Shown here: in pieces, positions 13,901-25,039 of the stretch
Layout: every line of letters starts with the position of its first letter
Numbering within the stretch: the first letter of the stretch is position 1
Source of the DNA: Botryllus schlosseri
Lineage: Eukaryota
Length of the DNA stretch: 64,000 nucleotides
Assembly (NCBI GenBank): GCA_051294905.1
Contig: CM119371.1
Location: 1,860,001 to 1,924,000 of the forward strand
Reading direction: 5' to 3'
Notes under the pieces: model-generated
What the model was told of the DNA's origin: nothing
The model's input: the letters and a program-made list of their open reading frames with translations, nothing else
Databases searched by the model: none
Position numbers and translations under genes: made by a program

Positions 13901-16091
13901 AGCAATGTGATTCGAACTCAAATCATACGAAAAATGTGACTAGAGTCTGACTTGGATCAAGTTATGACTCGAGTCATCCCAACACTGGAAATAGGCATAT
14001 CAGTAGCGGCTATTACCACACATTGAACAGGGCTATGACTCTAGGTAGGATAAGAGGTGGGCCATGGAACATTTTGAAACCCGAAAATGGGCCACAGTCA
14101 AAAGAAGGATGAGAATCTCTGATATAGAGGTTACCAGGGCTGAAACAACAGGGCTGACAAAATATAGATTACTTGGCAGTAAAGTGTAAAGAATTCCTGC
14201 AAATGGTAATATTTTTAATTAGGACCGTGTCATCAAACCTAATCTTGTTGCGCCTACAACAGTACGACGGCCAGAGATCAGGTGTTGCTCAATGTAACCT
14301 AAAACAATTACAATGTTTCTTCAATATATAATCCTGGTAACACTTCCGGACTATATTGCGCAAAATTCTCTTATAGATATCTTCTCACCCACCACTATAC
14401 TCCAATGAATATTTGCTATATACTGACTGCCATTACAAATATCTACCTATCCCTGAAGTAGCCAGTCTTCCTTACCGCGACATGGTTCCTGCTGCATGAT
14501 TAGGTAAGAATACTGAGTCTGAGTGACTGTCCGCCGTGTAGTTGTCGTTGTTGTTACCGACATGGTCGAGTTATCATATTGTGACGTTAGCGAAATGACA
14601 GCCGGCTTAACCTAAGGTTACGGAAAGGTAGTAGGACTACAGGGACGTTCATTCATTGCGTAACAATTGGTTTGTAAATCAACCTTTCTGCAGCCATGGA
14701 GCATTTGCCATTTCGTCAGAATCAAAAATTAAAATGCGAAAATGAATGCCGACATCGACTACTAATAAAACATGATGTGGTTCGTCAAGCTGATATTATA
14801 CAATTGTTGAAACAACAGAGTTGGAGGAACCGTTAGAGGATTGGCAATCCGAGACTGGATAAACTACTCCATGTATTAAGCAGCATTTGCAGGGGTTTTC
14901 TCTTCGCGATTCCGCCGATAGCCACAATTTATGTACTTTTGAGACAATCTATTGATGAAGATTGTTGGGAATACGGATGGTGTCCAGTATAGCTTCACTT
15001 ATTAATGCATGCATTGAAGATGAAGAGTAATAGCAGATCAAGGTGAGGATCTTTGCACATAAAAAACTGTCTCAGATTTCTACATGTCGTATAATCACTG
15101 ATGGCGTGTTGAATGGGAGACATTCACTTCACAACCATGGTCAGATCAGTAGAGGGACAGAAGTTCAATCTAATCGTACTTTATAACTATGATTGCGCAT
15201 CGTAGCCTATGGAACCTTATGGCAAAAACACGATAACGTGATCTCGAAACAAATATGATTATGAAAGGCGCAGCGGTAAATCATGGCTTCTCTAGGGTTA
15301 CAAAGTCCCATGCCGAAGTGCCCCATTTTGAATGTCTCCTACTACACGGTCGCTTGTAATTATACGACATGGTGAAGTGTCGGGCAATCTGCAGCTGAAT
15401 GAACAGCAGGTACATAGCCTACTCCCATTGTTCATGTGAAATACGCAGGTGGTTTGTGGATATCATTGCGCCTAATTTATGCATCAACATACTGATACCA
15501 CGGAAGCCATGACTTCATGACTTCTAGGCCTGAAAAAAATTCTTAACATATTTTGCAATTCATTGAAAAGGTGGTTTCAGCAGACCATTCTCCTAAATAT
15601 GCACAGTTGCACACCGCATTGTATGAAAGAGCATTATACTCACTTTTAATCCCGAAAGTTGTTTCTCGTTCAGCACTTGTAATATTGTAGACGATCTTGT
15701 TTGCATTGATTTGATCTCTGGCTACCACGTTAACAGAGCTCTTTGTGAACTTCAAATTGACATTTTCTCCTTCGGCCAAAGTGGCGGATCCTGAGAAAAA
15801 CACATTATTATTGTTCTGCGTGCCAGGTTCCATGCATAGCCTTATTAGAAAACAATACGAATTCTTTTATTTTCTTCGATATCCTTCGGAATATTATTCG
15901 CGCAACGAACAAAATGTACGGTATTTGAATACCTTCTAAAATGTTTTAGATGGATAATATAATCATGTATTTCAAGTAGTCTGAGCTCAAATACAACAGA
16001 CATTGCGCTACTCACCGCTTGTTTCGGGTGATATTGATGTAGGCTTGACATCAGCGACATCAGAATTGTTATATTTACCCCCTTCTGCCAT
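1802..16091 (-). CDS. NACHT-LRR (NLR-like) gene; CDS join(16091-16016,15790-15644,11489-9990,9371-9058,1906-1802), at least 714 codons, 3' end uncertain
   Basis: All reconstructed introns are GT-AG and phases chain 1-1-1-0 without a stop. NACHT motifs in exon 3, LRR-like segments in exons 4 and 5. Extra exons in the 4.2-kb and 7.2-kb introns are not excluded. Confidence 0.7.
3316..3823. mobile_element. GACTC-rich hAT MITE (CAGGGTT...TTACAACCCTG family)
   Basis: TIR CAGGGTT/AACCCTG; 8-bp flanks ATCGTAGT and ATTGTAGT; subterminal GACTCGAGTC arrays. Confidence 0.85.
5172..6714. mobile_element. Non-autonomous hAT (Buster-like), 1543 bp
   Basis: TIR CAGAGGTCTCAAAC/GTTTGAGACCTCTG; perfect TSD GTCTAAAA; GCGGGCCGCA subterminal motifs. 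Confidence 0.9.
5436..5629. mobile_element. 194-bp hAT MITE nested in the 5172-6714 element
   Basis: TIR CAATATTCCCTCTAA/TTAGAGGGAGCATTG; perfect TSD ATCATGAC; the paralogous copy near 20510 shows the empty site. Confidence 0.9.
9058..9371 (-). CDS. NLR exon 4, post-NACHT helical region plus first LRR
   Basis: Acceptor GACAG, donor CAA|GTGAGT, 314 nt phase 1-0; includes LGSLNLLNCDIDDEILGIIARCL. Confidence 0.8.
9990..11489 (-). CDS. NLR exon 3, NACHT NTPase domain (1500 nt)
   Basis: Walker A ASAGSGKT, Walker B IIIFDGLDQ, sensor-1 IIVASR, VPVFL, winged-helix FCHQSMQEFLAA; acceptor TTTTCTGCAG, donor G|GTAAGT. The frame is open 41 codons upstream of the listed ATG. Confidence 0.92.
11585..12800 (-). 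mobile_element. LINE (CR1/L2-like) 3' end, split by a hAT insertion
   Basis: Reverse complements of 11585-11719 and 12575-12700 join into the same 3' UTR seen at about 32290-32510 and 60440-60690; AAACCGAACCGAA tail. Confidence 0.65.
11720..12574. mobile_element. Non-autonomous hAT (Buster-like), 855 bp
   Basis: Termini CAGGGATGGCTAACC / GGTCGGCCCTG; flanks GCCTAGGC and GCCTAGTC. Confidence 0.85.
13504..13769. mobile_element. 266-bp hAT MITE with ACTTCTACT repeats
   Basis: TIR CAGAGGTGGTCA/TGATCACCTCTG; flanks AATGTAAG and AATGTAAC. Confidence 0.85.
13845..13987. mobile_element. GACTC-rich MITE right end (TCCCAACACTG family)
   Basis: Ends GACTCGAGTCATCCCAACACTG like the 44733 end; left end not found. 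Confidence 0.6.
15644..15790 (-). CDS. NLR exon 2, N/V/I-rich 49-codon segment
   Basis: Acceptor TTTTTCTCAG, donor AAA A|GTGAGT, 147 nt phase 1-1, open. Confidence 0.65.
16016..16091 (-). CDS. NLR first coding exon (MAEGGKYNNSDVADVKPTSISPETS)
   Basis: ATG at 16091, donor AGC G|GTGAGT (phase 1) joins exon 2 in frame; an upstream TTTTCAG acceptor implies a 5' UTR exon further upstream. Confidence 0.6.
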
Positions 16092-16479
16092 GGTCTTGAT
16101 AACGCGGTACAATTAGCTAGCGTATATGACAATACTGAAAATATATAATTACATTCTATGTTAGGGGCACCACACTTCCTCTTTTAAGAGTGTTTGTCCT
16201 CTTTTTTTAATTTTTTGAAAGTGTCCTCGGATGATGCCCCAATGTACTCTTTTTTTAGAATTTTGTTTCAATATATGCCAAAATTTGACTGAGATACAGT
16301 AAATCAGCATTGTAGTAACGAACGCTCCGGCGGCTATTTCGAGATATGAGCCGTAAAGTTGGCCTTATTTTAGTCAACCGAACACGAATTGAGAAAAATT
16401 TACCATTTTTTCAGGTAAAGGTCAGGTAAAATTGGTATGCCGAGAGTAAAACAGCAGACCACATCGATACCTGGTCATC

Positions 16480-16750
16480 CACAAAATGAATGAATCGAAA
16501 ACGAATGATCGTGCGAACTAAGCGGTTTAACGAGTCCGCTCGTATATGTCGTCACTAGCGATCTCGAACTTCAAGTCAAATCGAAGATGTTTCGAGGCCT
16601 AATGTTACCTCACGCGGTTCTGAATCCGTTTACAATTTGATGAGTGGCAAAGCCTTTATCACATTGCATCTTGAAATTAAGGTATAAAATCCTAATTTAC
16701 CTCGCGGACCGGCAAAAAAGTCGTCGCGGACCGGCGGTTGAGAACCACTG
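16480..16750. mobile_element. Right end of a CAGTGGTTCTCAACC-family hAT
   Basis: Homologous to 36180-36506; ends GGTTGAGAACCACTG. Confidence 0.7.
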
Positions 16751-17829
16751 GTCTAAATGACCGTAGTAGTCGACAAACACCATGGTTAATACAAAACAAA
16801 CAAAAAACTATATCAGCGGACGGGAACCTTGTTGATCATATTGACCTAAGGAGCCATACAACGATGTTAACTGCTTCGTTACAATTGACGATTCGTGACG
16901 TCATTGCAGTACGAAATCGAAGTTCACTACATCGGATTCGTCGCGCGCGCGAAGGTGGCTCACCTCAACAGCGGTACTGGGGAGAGTCATGCACGATTCC
17001 TTCCGCTTACCTAAACCTTGATAATGATAGTCGCAAACTGATATCATTTGATTAACTTTACAACTTATTCTCAAATTCTTCGGCGGTCACACAACGCTCC
17101 GCTACAAGCCTAAATTTTACCCGCATTGTTAAGAAGCAATATAACAACCGGGAATGATGATCGCTATTGGCTATGCTCGCAACTGAAATTGGGAATGTCA
17201 CTTTAAGTGGAGTTCATTTATCGTCATGATCAGAAATTAAATGTAGATTTTAAAACTGAATTATTATGTGCCATGAAGACGTCGCTATGTCCGCAATTCT
17301 TTCTCATTAATCAAATATTTGCGTAATCCAAACATCAAGGCGTGCAATGTCGGGTACGAGTGATTCTCGAGTGATATTGTTTGCCGACGTGATAGAAGGT
17401 AGAAGGTAGAAGGTATACAAACTTCGCATCGAACTGTGCGCTCTGGGTTTGTCCGATGTAGACCCCTAAATAACTGGAAGACGTCGCGTTTGCCCAATTA
17501 TGACAATAAACATTATATGGGGCTGATAAATGAGCATCGGGCGTTATGAGTAATTATTATTTTGCGTTATTTTACTTTTTTATTTTGAAATGGATTCGTC
17601 ATTGTTGTGACCTCACATAGACTTTGTCTTAGCTACCATAATAATAAATATTCTCAGCCGTTATGAAAACTTACATCTAAGTCAGGGGTGGCCAACCTGC
17701 GGCCGTAGCAAGAAATTTGTGCGGTCGTGGTCACATATTTCTATCATTACGTGTTGGCACTGCGTATTTGCACTGCGAGCGAAATACACTGTATTGAAAT
17801 TACTTTACAACTGTGTTATATGGAATCCA

Positions 17830-18040
17830 TATTATGGATAATACTGTCATGAATCCTCTTAATAAGTCTGTCATCAAATACGACAGACATTACTCATCGC
17901 TAATACCATGTGATAATGATGTAGCTTTGCCTCCAGAATTGTAATCTCGACCCCCTTCTGCCATGAGAATAATAACGTGGTATTAATTAGATAGCGTAGA
18001 TGGCAATACCGAAAATACAAATAATAAACACAATCTATGA
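17830..18040 (-). pseudogene. Duplicate of the NLR first coding exon (MAEGGRDYNSGGKATSLSHGIS) with dead splice sites
   Basis: About 210 bp homologous to 15940-16150; ATG at 17964; donor GTGAGT changed to ATGAGT, acceptor TTTTCAG changed to TTTTCGG. Confidence 0.7.
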
Positions 18041-18493
18041 TGAATCTTTTCTGAACAGCAGGGCGATATTATCAGTCCTGAACACTGAGCTATATAATAG
18101 ATTTATTGGTTATATTCCAGCAATAATAAATGCCAACAGCCACATCTTCACAATTTGGAATACGCTGGTACACTAGCGTTGGTTATTCTTAACACGGGTG
18201 TGAATACAACTCTTATCGCTAAAAGTGAGCGTTGCAAAAATGTCGCTTTCTGGCGGGATAGCAGCAGAGTCATCTTTTCTTGCATGGGATATTTGCAGAT
18301 TTCATGACCCGATGGATTTCATTCTGAATCGCGTAATAGGCCTCGACTGGTGGTTTAGTATTCAATTATTAGTAATCCCGGCCTTATAACGGTATAAATT
18401 ATGGTAAAAGTTCAAATATCTACGTACATTTTACGCGACCGAGAAGAATAGAATGTATAAGTTCAACGTCGCATTAAAGATTATTCTGTAGTA

Positions 18494-20321
18494 GGGGTCT
18501 TTAAAAATCACTTTTTTCTAAAATCATACTGGCTACCTGATAAAATTGTTAGGTTACCTAATTTAGTCTATACACCAAATTTGGTTCAATTCCAACCAGT
18601 GGAAGCGGAGTTATTGCCGTCGAAAAATTTGGATTTGAATACAATAGTATTTACGTTGGGCACCACTAGAATAAATAACTAAAGAATTGGTCACCGTAAA
18701 TACTATTTTATTCATAATCCAAATTTTTCGTCGGCAATAACTCGGCTTCCACTGGTTGGAGTTGAAACAAATTAGGCGGATATCTATCACTACTCGACTC
18801 GCATAATCGTTATTAATTCTGGATTCAGATTACAGTAATCGAATCATTGTGCTCAGCACTAGTCAACACTAATAAAGTTTGGCTCTAGATATCCTAGCTG
18901 AGGTAGTCCTTGCCAGCCCAGGGCTTTGGATCGTTAAGGCAACGAATTTTCCTTCTCAATGGTGGGTTCACGATGCGTTAACTTTCATATCCTATGCAAA
19001 ATCGTAAATGTGATAGCTTCAAGTAGTCAAATCCAGAGAGAACTATTCAGTAACCCTATTTCCATGACGCCAGTGTTGTATTATGACATAATGCTATTGT
19101 TTCGAACAAGCGATATCGTTATGGCTTGGGATTTGATACCGTTGCTGAGATTGATCATTTGATATTAGTTACCGGATGCGACTGAATAGAGATGGATATC
19201 CGTTCAGGATTTGATAAGTTTAGAAAAGAATTCCGCTTGGTTCTCTAGAGCAAGGGTTCTCAACCTTCTTCAATTCGCGGACCTGTAAAATTTCCAAAAA
19301 ATATTTGGCGGACCTGTAGACTTTTAAAAATTGATATGAAACCAAAATGTAAAATATATGTAACCGTTTTTCGCAAGTATGGTGCTAGAGAGTGACATTA
19401 TATATTATGGTTTTGATCGTAATTAACTATGTTAATGTTGACATCCATGTGATTTTACGATAGTAGTCTGCTGAGACGATGTAAAATTGCCTTGCCATAC
19501 AAACGTACTACCACCGAGAGTCGTTTACAATCTTTCTCGCCGACGGCCGTGAATTTAACCGACCACGTCAACTCGAATAATATTCTTCTCTGCGACAATG
19601 TCGAGAGACGAAGCGTTACGGAGTCGAAGCATTGCACGCTCATTGCCCCCTACCACCAGAAGTAGGCTACTCTGGCTACGACGAATAAATGCGCCGCATG
19701 AAAACGCTTGACAACAAATATACTGGTCATCCACAAAATCAGTGCCCAAAAAGCAATTCGTCAGCCCACCCGCAAAAACGTTGGTCTTCAACCACCACAG
19801 GGTGATAAGTCAAACTTCTCCCAGACCCCACGGTTGGATGGATGTTTTCACAAGTAGCATAATCGCGCGAAGAGCGAAAATTCTCTATAATTCATGACTG
19901 AATCGGTCATTAATAAAAGTAATTGCATATATATTGCTATAATTATTAAATTAAAAATTAATATAATTGTCTGTGGGCACAACTATAATAAATAAACAAA
20001 GAATCGGACACCGTCTAAACTATTTTATTCAAATCAATAATTTTTCAAAGGTAATAACTTCGCTTCCACTCGTTGGAATTGAACCAAATTTTATGAACAT
20101 CGTTCTTATAGACAACGAAAGACATTAATGGAGTGAACAGAAAATTTTCAATCTTTTTAATAATTATTTTTATATAATAAATTGAAACTTGCTTCTTCTG
20201 TAGCAATGCGAATACTGGCTGGAATTGAACCAAATTTGCTGTGTAGGCTTAAATTAGGTAACCTAACAATTTTATCAAGTAGCCAGTATGATTTGAGAAA
20301 AAAGTCATTTTTGAATACCCC
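18494..20321. mobile_element. Long-TIR foldback element with nested hAT fragment
   Basis: About 105-bp TIRs (GGGGTCTTTAAAAATCAC.../...GAATACCCC), TA on both sides; internal 200-nt hairpin at about 18575-18775. Confidence 0.75.
19251..19900. mobile_element. Left part of a CAGTGGTTCTCAACC-family hAT
   Basis: Colinear with 33326-34860 and lacks the 33537-34408 insertion (empty site). Confidence 0.75.
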
Positions 20322-21062
20322 TAATATTCAATGTATGATTTTCAAGTAGGCCTTATTTGAAGGGACGTTGCAGACAGGCATTCCACAAACATCGTGGAAA
20401 TGTAAGTTACTATTGCATTATGCACGCTTGACATAAATAATTTTTATTTTATTTTTTGCCGGGCATAATATTTTTAATTAACGAGTTATACACACCATGG
20501 AAGAGGATGCACCATGACATCGTAAAACTGTCGGGTTATAATATTGCAGCAAGTGGACATTCGACATGCCACAATTATATGTAGAATATTTTAAAATCTA
20601 CTGAACACTGATCTTATATCAGAGCATTTTAGCGGTGTAGTTTAATCCTGTTTTTGATATGGTCGTGATAAGTATAGGCTGTTGTTACTGTTATTGCCTA
20701 AGTCAAATTAAATCAGCATGAGATTTTGTGTTCGATTATCATCGGAACATAATAATAAAAACTTAAATATAATCATTATTGAGCCATAGTAATAGCATTG
20801 CTTCTTAACCTTTATAGCGATCGTGCCCCCTGTGCTTCCAATAAGATTTCTCGAAGCCCCTTTCCATTTTAACACAATTTCTGACGGTACTTGTATTAAA
20901 ATCAGAAAGCCCATTCACACGAAATCGCGCGTCGCGCGAAGACTATTTTCTAGTTGAATAAATTGGTCAGGAAAATAGTCCACAACATATAGCCTTATTT
21001 CTTAATGTTTCTCGTACACCCTATGTGGTGCTTCGTACTCCGATGGGGTCAACGGACCTCGG

Positions 21063-21274
21063 TTTAACGAAATATATTGGTATAACGCCATTTTAATAAT
21101 ATTCAATAAGGAGTTGGTAAACCTTACGTAATTCCCTGAACTGAGACCCGATAAGACTTTTGTGAGTCGTATATGTTGTCGTGCGAACGTAGATAACAAA
21201 ATATGAAATCGTACGATGTTTTGTGCATGAACTCTCTCTCTCGTGGCTATGAGAGATATGTGTACTGTGTAGGT
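21063..21274 (+). repeat. 5' LTR, truncated to about 210 bp
   Basis: Matches the start of the 3' LTR with 4 transitions and 2 small indels, then runs directly into pol. Confidence 0.85.
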
Positions 21275-21505
21275 AATGCCGCGGTATTTTCAACTTCGTT
21301 TCTGATTGCCTATCTCGTGTTAATGAATTTGTTGTGCCAGATGGCTTGAAACCTGATTTCATAAAGCGTATTGCAGTTGCACAGAGGCAAGACAAGGAAT
21401 TGGCAGGATTTCGTGAGCACTGAGCATACTCTGAGTGAGACTGGTTTGAAGTTAAGAGAGTGGAACTTTGTTGGGTGTGAGATGGGCGTGATTTGTCACG
21501 TCCCA
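21272..21505 (+). pseudogene. Gypsy pol fragment, RNase H end and linker
   Basis: RGIFNFVSDCLSR (NxVADxLSR motif), IAVAQRQDKEL, one frameshift; the last codons join in frame to 25410 once the Harbinger is removed. Confidence 0.75.
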
Positions 21506-21988
21506 GGGTGCGTTCATACATAATTTTCAGAACAAAATTTCCCAGAATAATCCTCAGAATGCCAGCAATGTGAACGCAGTCGGGAATCCCGAGGCTGGTC
21601 TGAACGACATAATTTCCAAAACTTCGGTTCCCAAAAATGTGGATTTGAACGCAGCCAGCCCCGCGTCGCCTGTCAATCATATTCGTGTTTTGGGAATAGG
21701 CGCGTTCAGATCGCGCGGGAAATTACCACTGCATCGTAGTCTGTGCAGTGTGCCCTGTAGTTGCGTTTCTCAAGGTGAATTTGGAAAGAGTTATAATCTG
21801 CAGTTTTATGGGGCCAAATTGGTATGTACGACGTATATCTAGACGTCTACTATGCCTTTTTAGTTGAAATATAGAAGATCGGAATAAGCAGGTGTCATTT
21901 TTACTTGTGTACCGTACAGCATCATATAAATATTTTTTACATTTCTTCTTGAATATAGATAGCTAGCATAATTTTGTGATAAACAAAC

Positions 21989-23030
21989 ATGTCGTCTCGA
22001 GGTATACTATGGTCTACAGAGGAAACCAAATTGCTCGTCGCTCTCTGGGCCGAGAAACAGATCCAAGAGAAAATATCAAAACGATGTATAAGTAATAGGG
22101 AAATCTACGGTAGCATATCTCAATCGCTGCAACTACGGGATCACGATAGCTGTTACAAGAGGATGCAAAGACTCATTCGTGATTACCGCAAGTTCAAGGA
22201 CGACTCGAAGAAAACTGGTGGAGGGGAATTGAGAATACCACCCTCAATTGCTGATGTGTATCCTGTTATCGATGCAACCCTGCAAGACAAGGCCTTGACA
22301 GACCCGATTCTTCTAAGCTCCATGGATGGTGAGTTTCAATGTCATTGGGAGTAAATCATTCTCCTATTATGTTAATTGCAGAGCCAGGCAGCAGTGATAC
22401 GTCTTTTGAAGCTGAGTCAAGTGGTGAGTTATCAATTGCTCCATCAAATTTCATAATTACATTATTTTCATCATTTCCTGTTTGTTTGTTTTTTTCAAGA
22501 AAAAATGTTACTGAAAAGGAAAGGTAACAACGGATTACCCGCCAGTAAGTTTTTTCGCTGTACATATGACTATCTGATAAACTGATGAACAGCTTTTTGT
22601 CTGTAGCCCCAGCTAAGAGAAGAAACAGTGACCTTTCACAAATAAGTGAGCAATATGAACAATATAGAAGATTTTAGACAATAGGATTGTTATTTTCATT
22701 TCAAGGAGAGTTAGTGGAATTGGGACAAGAGAGGTCAGACAAACGGATTGAGTCCATTCTTCAATACCAAGTAATGGCTTACAATTTTTTCATAACCGAG
22801 ACCTAGGATATATTATTTACAATTCAGAGAGAGGAAAGAGAAAAAGAAAGACATGAAAGGGAGCTAGAAAGAGAGCACGAGCTGAAGCTATTCGAGATGC
22901 TGACGAGGTTGGTAGTTTATTGAAAGATTGCTTTTGCTGAACATGCTACATAAAGCTTTTTGTTCTTAGGGCTCATGGAAACTATGTGATACTCCGGTAT
23001 GAGACTCAAGCTTGCTGTCAACTGTCTTAA
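21989..23030 (+). CDS. Harbinger Myb/SANT (trihelix-type) DNA-binding protein, 223 aa; join(21989-22328,22382-22423,22500-22544,22607-22645,22706-22770,22828-22907,22970-23030)
   Basis: WSTEETKLLVALW...CYKRMQRLIRDYRK Myb/SANT-like domain; six GT-AG introns of 53, 76, 62, 60, 57 and 62 nt give a 672-nt open frame with a PAKRR NLS-like motif and an EREKERHERELEREHELKLFEML coiled coil. The last exon is the least certain. Confidence 0.85.
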
Positions 23031-23182
23031 TACAATTCGAATGATTTTTAGGCCCGAGGAACAAAACCTGGAAAACCCAGGAGAGTTGCAGAATAACTGA
23101 TCGAGTGAGAAGTGAAGGCTCTTTCCTCCAAAACTGTTCTTGTTGATGTTTCGTTAAAATTGTGCCATGCACAATTACCAAT

Positions 23183-23202
23183 AATAAATGTGTTTTTTTA
23201 TT
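23183..23202. terminator. Candidate opposed poly(A) signals between the Harbinger genes
   Basis: AATAAA on + at 23183-23188 and on - at 23202-23197, between the two stop codons. Confidence 0.45.
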
Positions 23203-23265
23203 ATTCTGCGGCAATTTTTACTGTAGCAGTCCAGTTTGATATAACTACCACTAATGAACTCAGAA

Positions 23266-25039
23266 CTATGGTAGAGTTAAGAAATCTCTCAGAGCGTCTC
23301 GCACATTCGCTCCTGATACTTCGTCGTCCTCGTATGTCGGCACTGGCTCATCAAGTATTATATCATCGTCCATGTCGTCCCCTAAGGCGTCGCAGAAATT
23401 GTGAAGTATGATGCAAGACGCAATCATCATTCTAGCGTTCGTTGGGCAGGCGTCACAGGATTTGAATAGGCATCGCCATCGCATCTTCAGTTTACCAAAT
23501 GCTCTCTCCACTACCATCCTGGATTTGCTGAGTATATGATTAAAATGACTGCTGTCCCTATCATTTTGAGCATAGGGCTTCATTAGCCACGGTAGTAGAG
23601 GATATGCAGCATCACCAATGATGTAAAATGGTATATTTTGCCCACCAATTGAAAGTTCACTATGGGGAAAGAGAGCCCCACTCTGAGCTTTTGAGAATAG
23701 TTCAGATCTTCTCAGCACCCTTGCATCATGCACTTTGCCAGGCCAGCCAATAACAACATCGATAAACCTCCCCTTGTAGTCGACCACTGCTTGTATGTTT
23801 ATCGAATATTGACCTTTCCGATTCCAGTAATCTTCACCGTCTTCAACAGGCTTTGGAATCGGGATGTGACATCCGTCAATTGCTCCAATACAATTTGGCA
23901 GGCCATTTTTGACACTGAAATTGTGAGCGGCAAGGTGTATGTTCTCGGGTATTTTTACGTGCCTGGAAATACGGTTTGACAAGACTGAGCACACTTCCAT
24001 AGTGACCATGAAGACGGTAGATTTCCCCAAACCAAAGGTCTCTCCAATGTGGCGGTAGCAACTACCACCAGCAATTCTCCATAATGCGATAGCAATTCTG
24101 CAGTCCGGTGATATTGGCTCTTTGTATCTTGTAGTTTGTTTGATAACATCCTGACGCAAATCATCGCACAAGATATGAAAGGTGGACCTGGAGAAGGAAA
24201 TATGTAACATCACACAAAATATAATAGATGAATTTATAAGAGGTATGCCAACTTTTTCAGGAATGATCATATGATTGTTACTACTACTAGCACAGCAGTC
24301 ATTTATTAATTTTCACTGCAATATTTCTGTTTATCAGTAAGGCACTGTGATACTTTTTGAGCATGGAAAGTTTCTTATCCAGGCCTACTACCAATTAACT
24401 GCCCTGTGAAACTGAGCACTTGGATCTGCATGCAGAATCAGTACTAGCAATAGCAAGATAATTCAGGGCCGCCGTTAGTCAGCACTGCTAGTGCATTACG
24501 ATAACGACAGAAACTGTGATTTCGACTACATAACCCCCATTAATGCGTCATACAAATTGTTGTTCCAGCGACAGCTACGCTATAGAATGTAAGTAGAATG
24601 TATAGTTACGCTACCGGTACATTTTATGCAAGAAACGCGACTGGCTCACTATTATAGAACAGAGAATGACTGGGTCTTGCATGTGCGTACGACTAAACTA
24701 ATAACAATAGTACTGCAACACGTTTCAAGAACTTTCTGACCACAATAGCTTCTGGCTCACTTACCTATTTAGACGAAGATGCCTCTTGTAGTCAACCGAC
24801 GTCCAACATTGCAAGACCCTCTCCCAATAGTTTTTATTGGCCTTCAAAACGCTATAAACTCGTCGCGGAGTTGGAGTATGATTCCACAACCACCAAGTAC
24901 AAATCAAGTCAAGAAACTCAGGTTCATCGGCCAACACAGAAAGAAGATGAAGTTGTCGAGTTTTCATGGCCCTTCTACGTCGCCGTTTATTACGCACCAG
25001 CAATTTATATAGAGCAACGCTTATCAAGCTACCATCCAT
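23266..25039 (-). CDS. Harbinger DDE transposase (HARBI1-like), 398 aa; join(25039-24765,24187-23266)
   Basis: Splice AG|GTAAGT...CTCCAG|G gives KRHLRLNRSTFHILC; catalytic-region motifs GAIDGCHIPI, GKVHDARV, GDAAYPL and VVERAFGKLKMRWRCL; no stops. Confidence 0.92.

Noticed and set aside
14690-15350. piggyBac transposase remnant (CLRFLHV)
   Set aside because: Only one short motif among many stops; no TTAA-flanked TIRs found.
15791-15840. Splicing the MAEGG exon to the acceptor at 15841
   Set aside because: Out of frame; the acceptor at 15791 is in frame with a better pyrimidine tract. MEPGTQ remains only a possible alternative start.
23266-24270. Listed 334-aa ORF as the complete transposase
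   Set aside because: Its first 27 codons are intron; the real N-terminus is the exon at 25039-24765.
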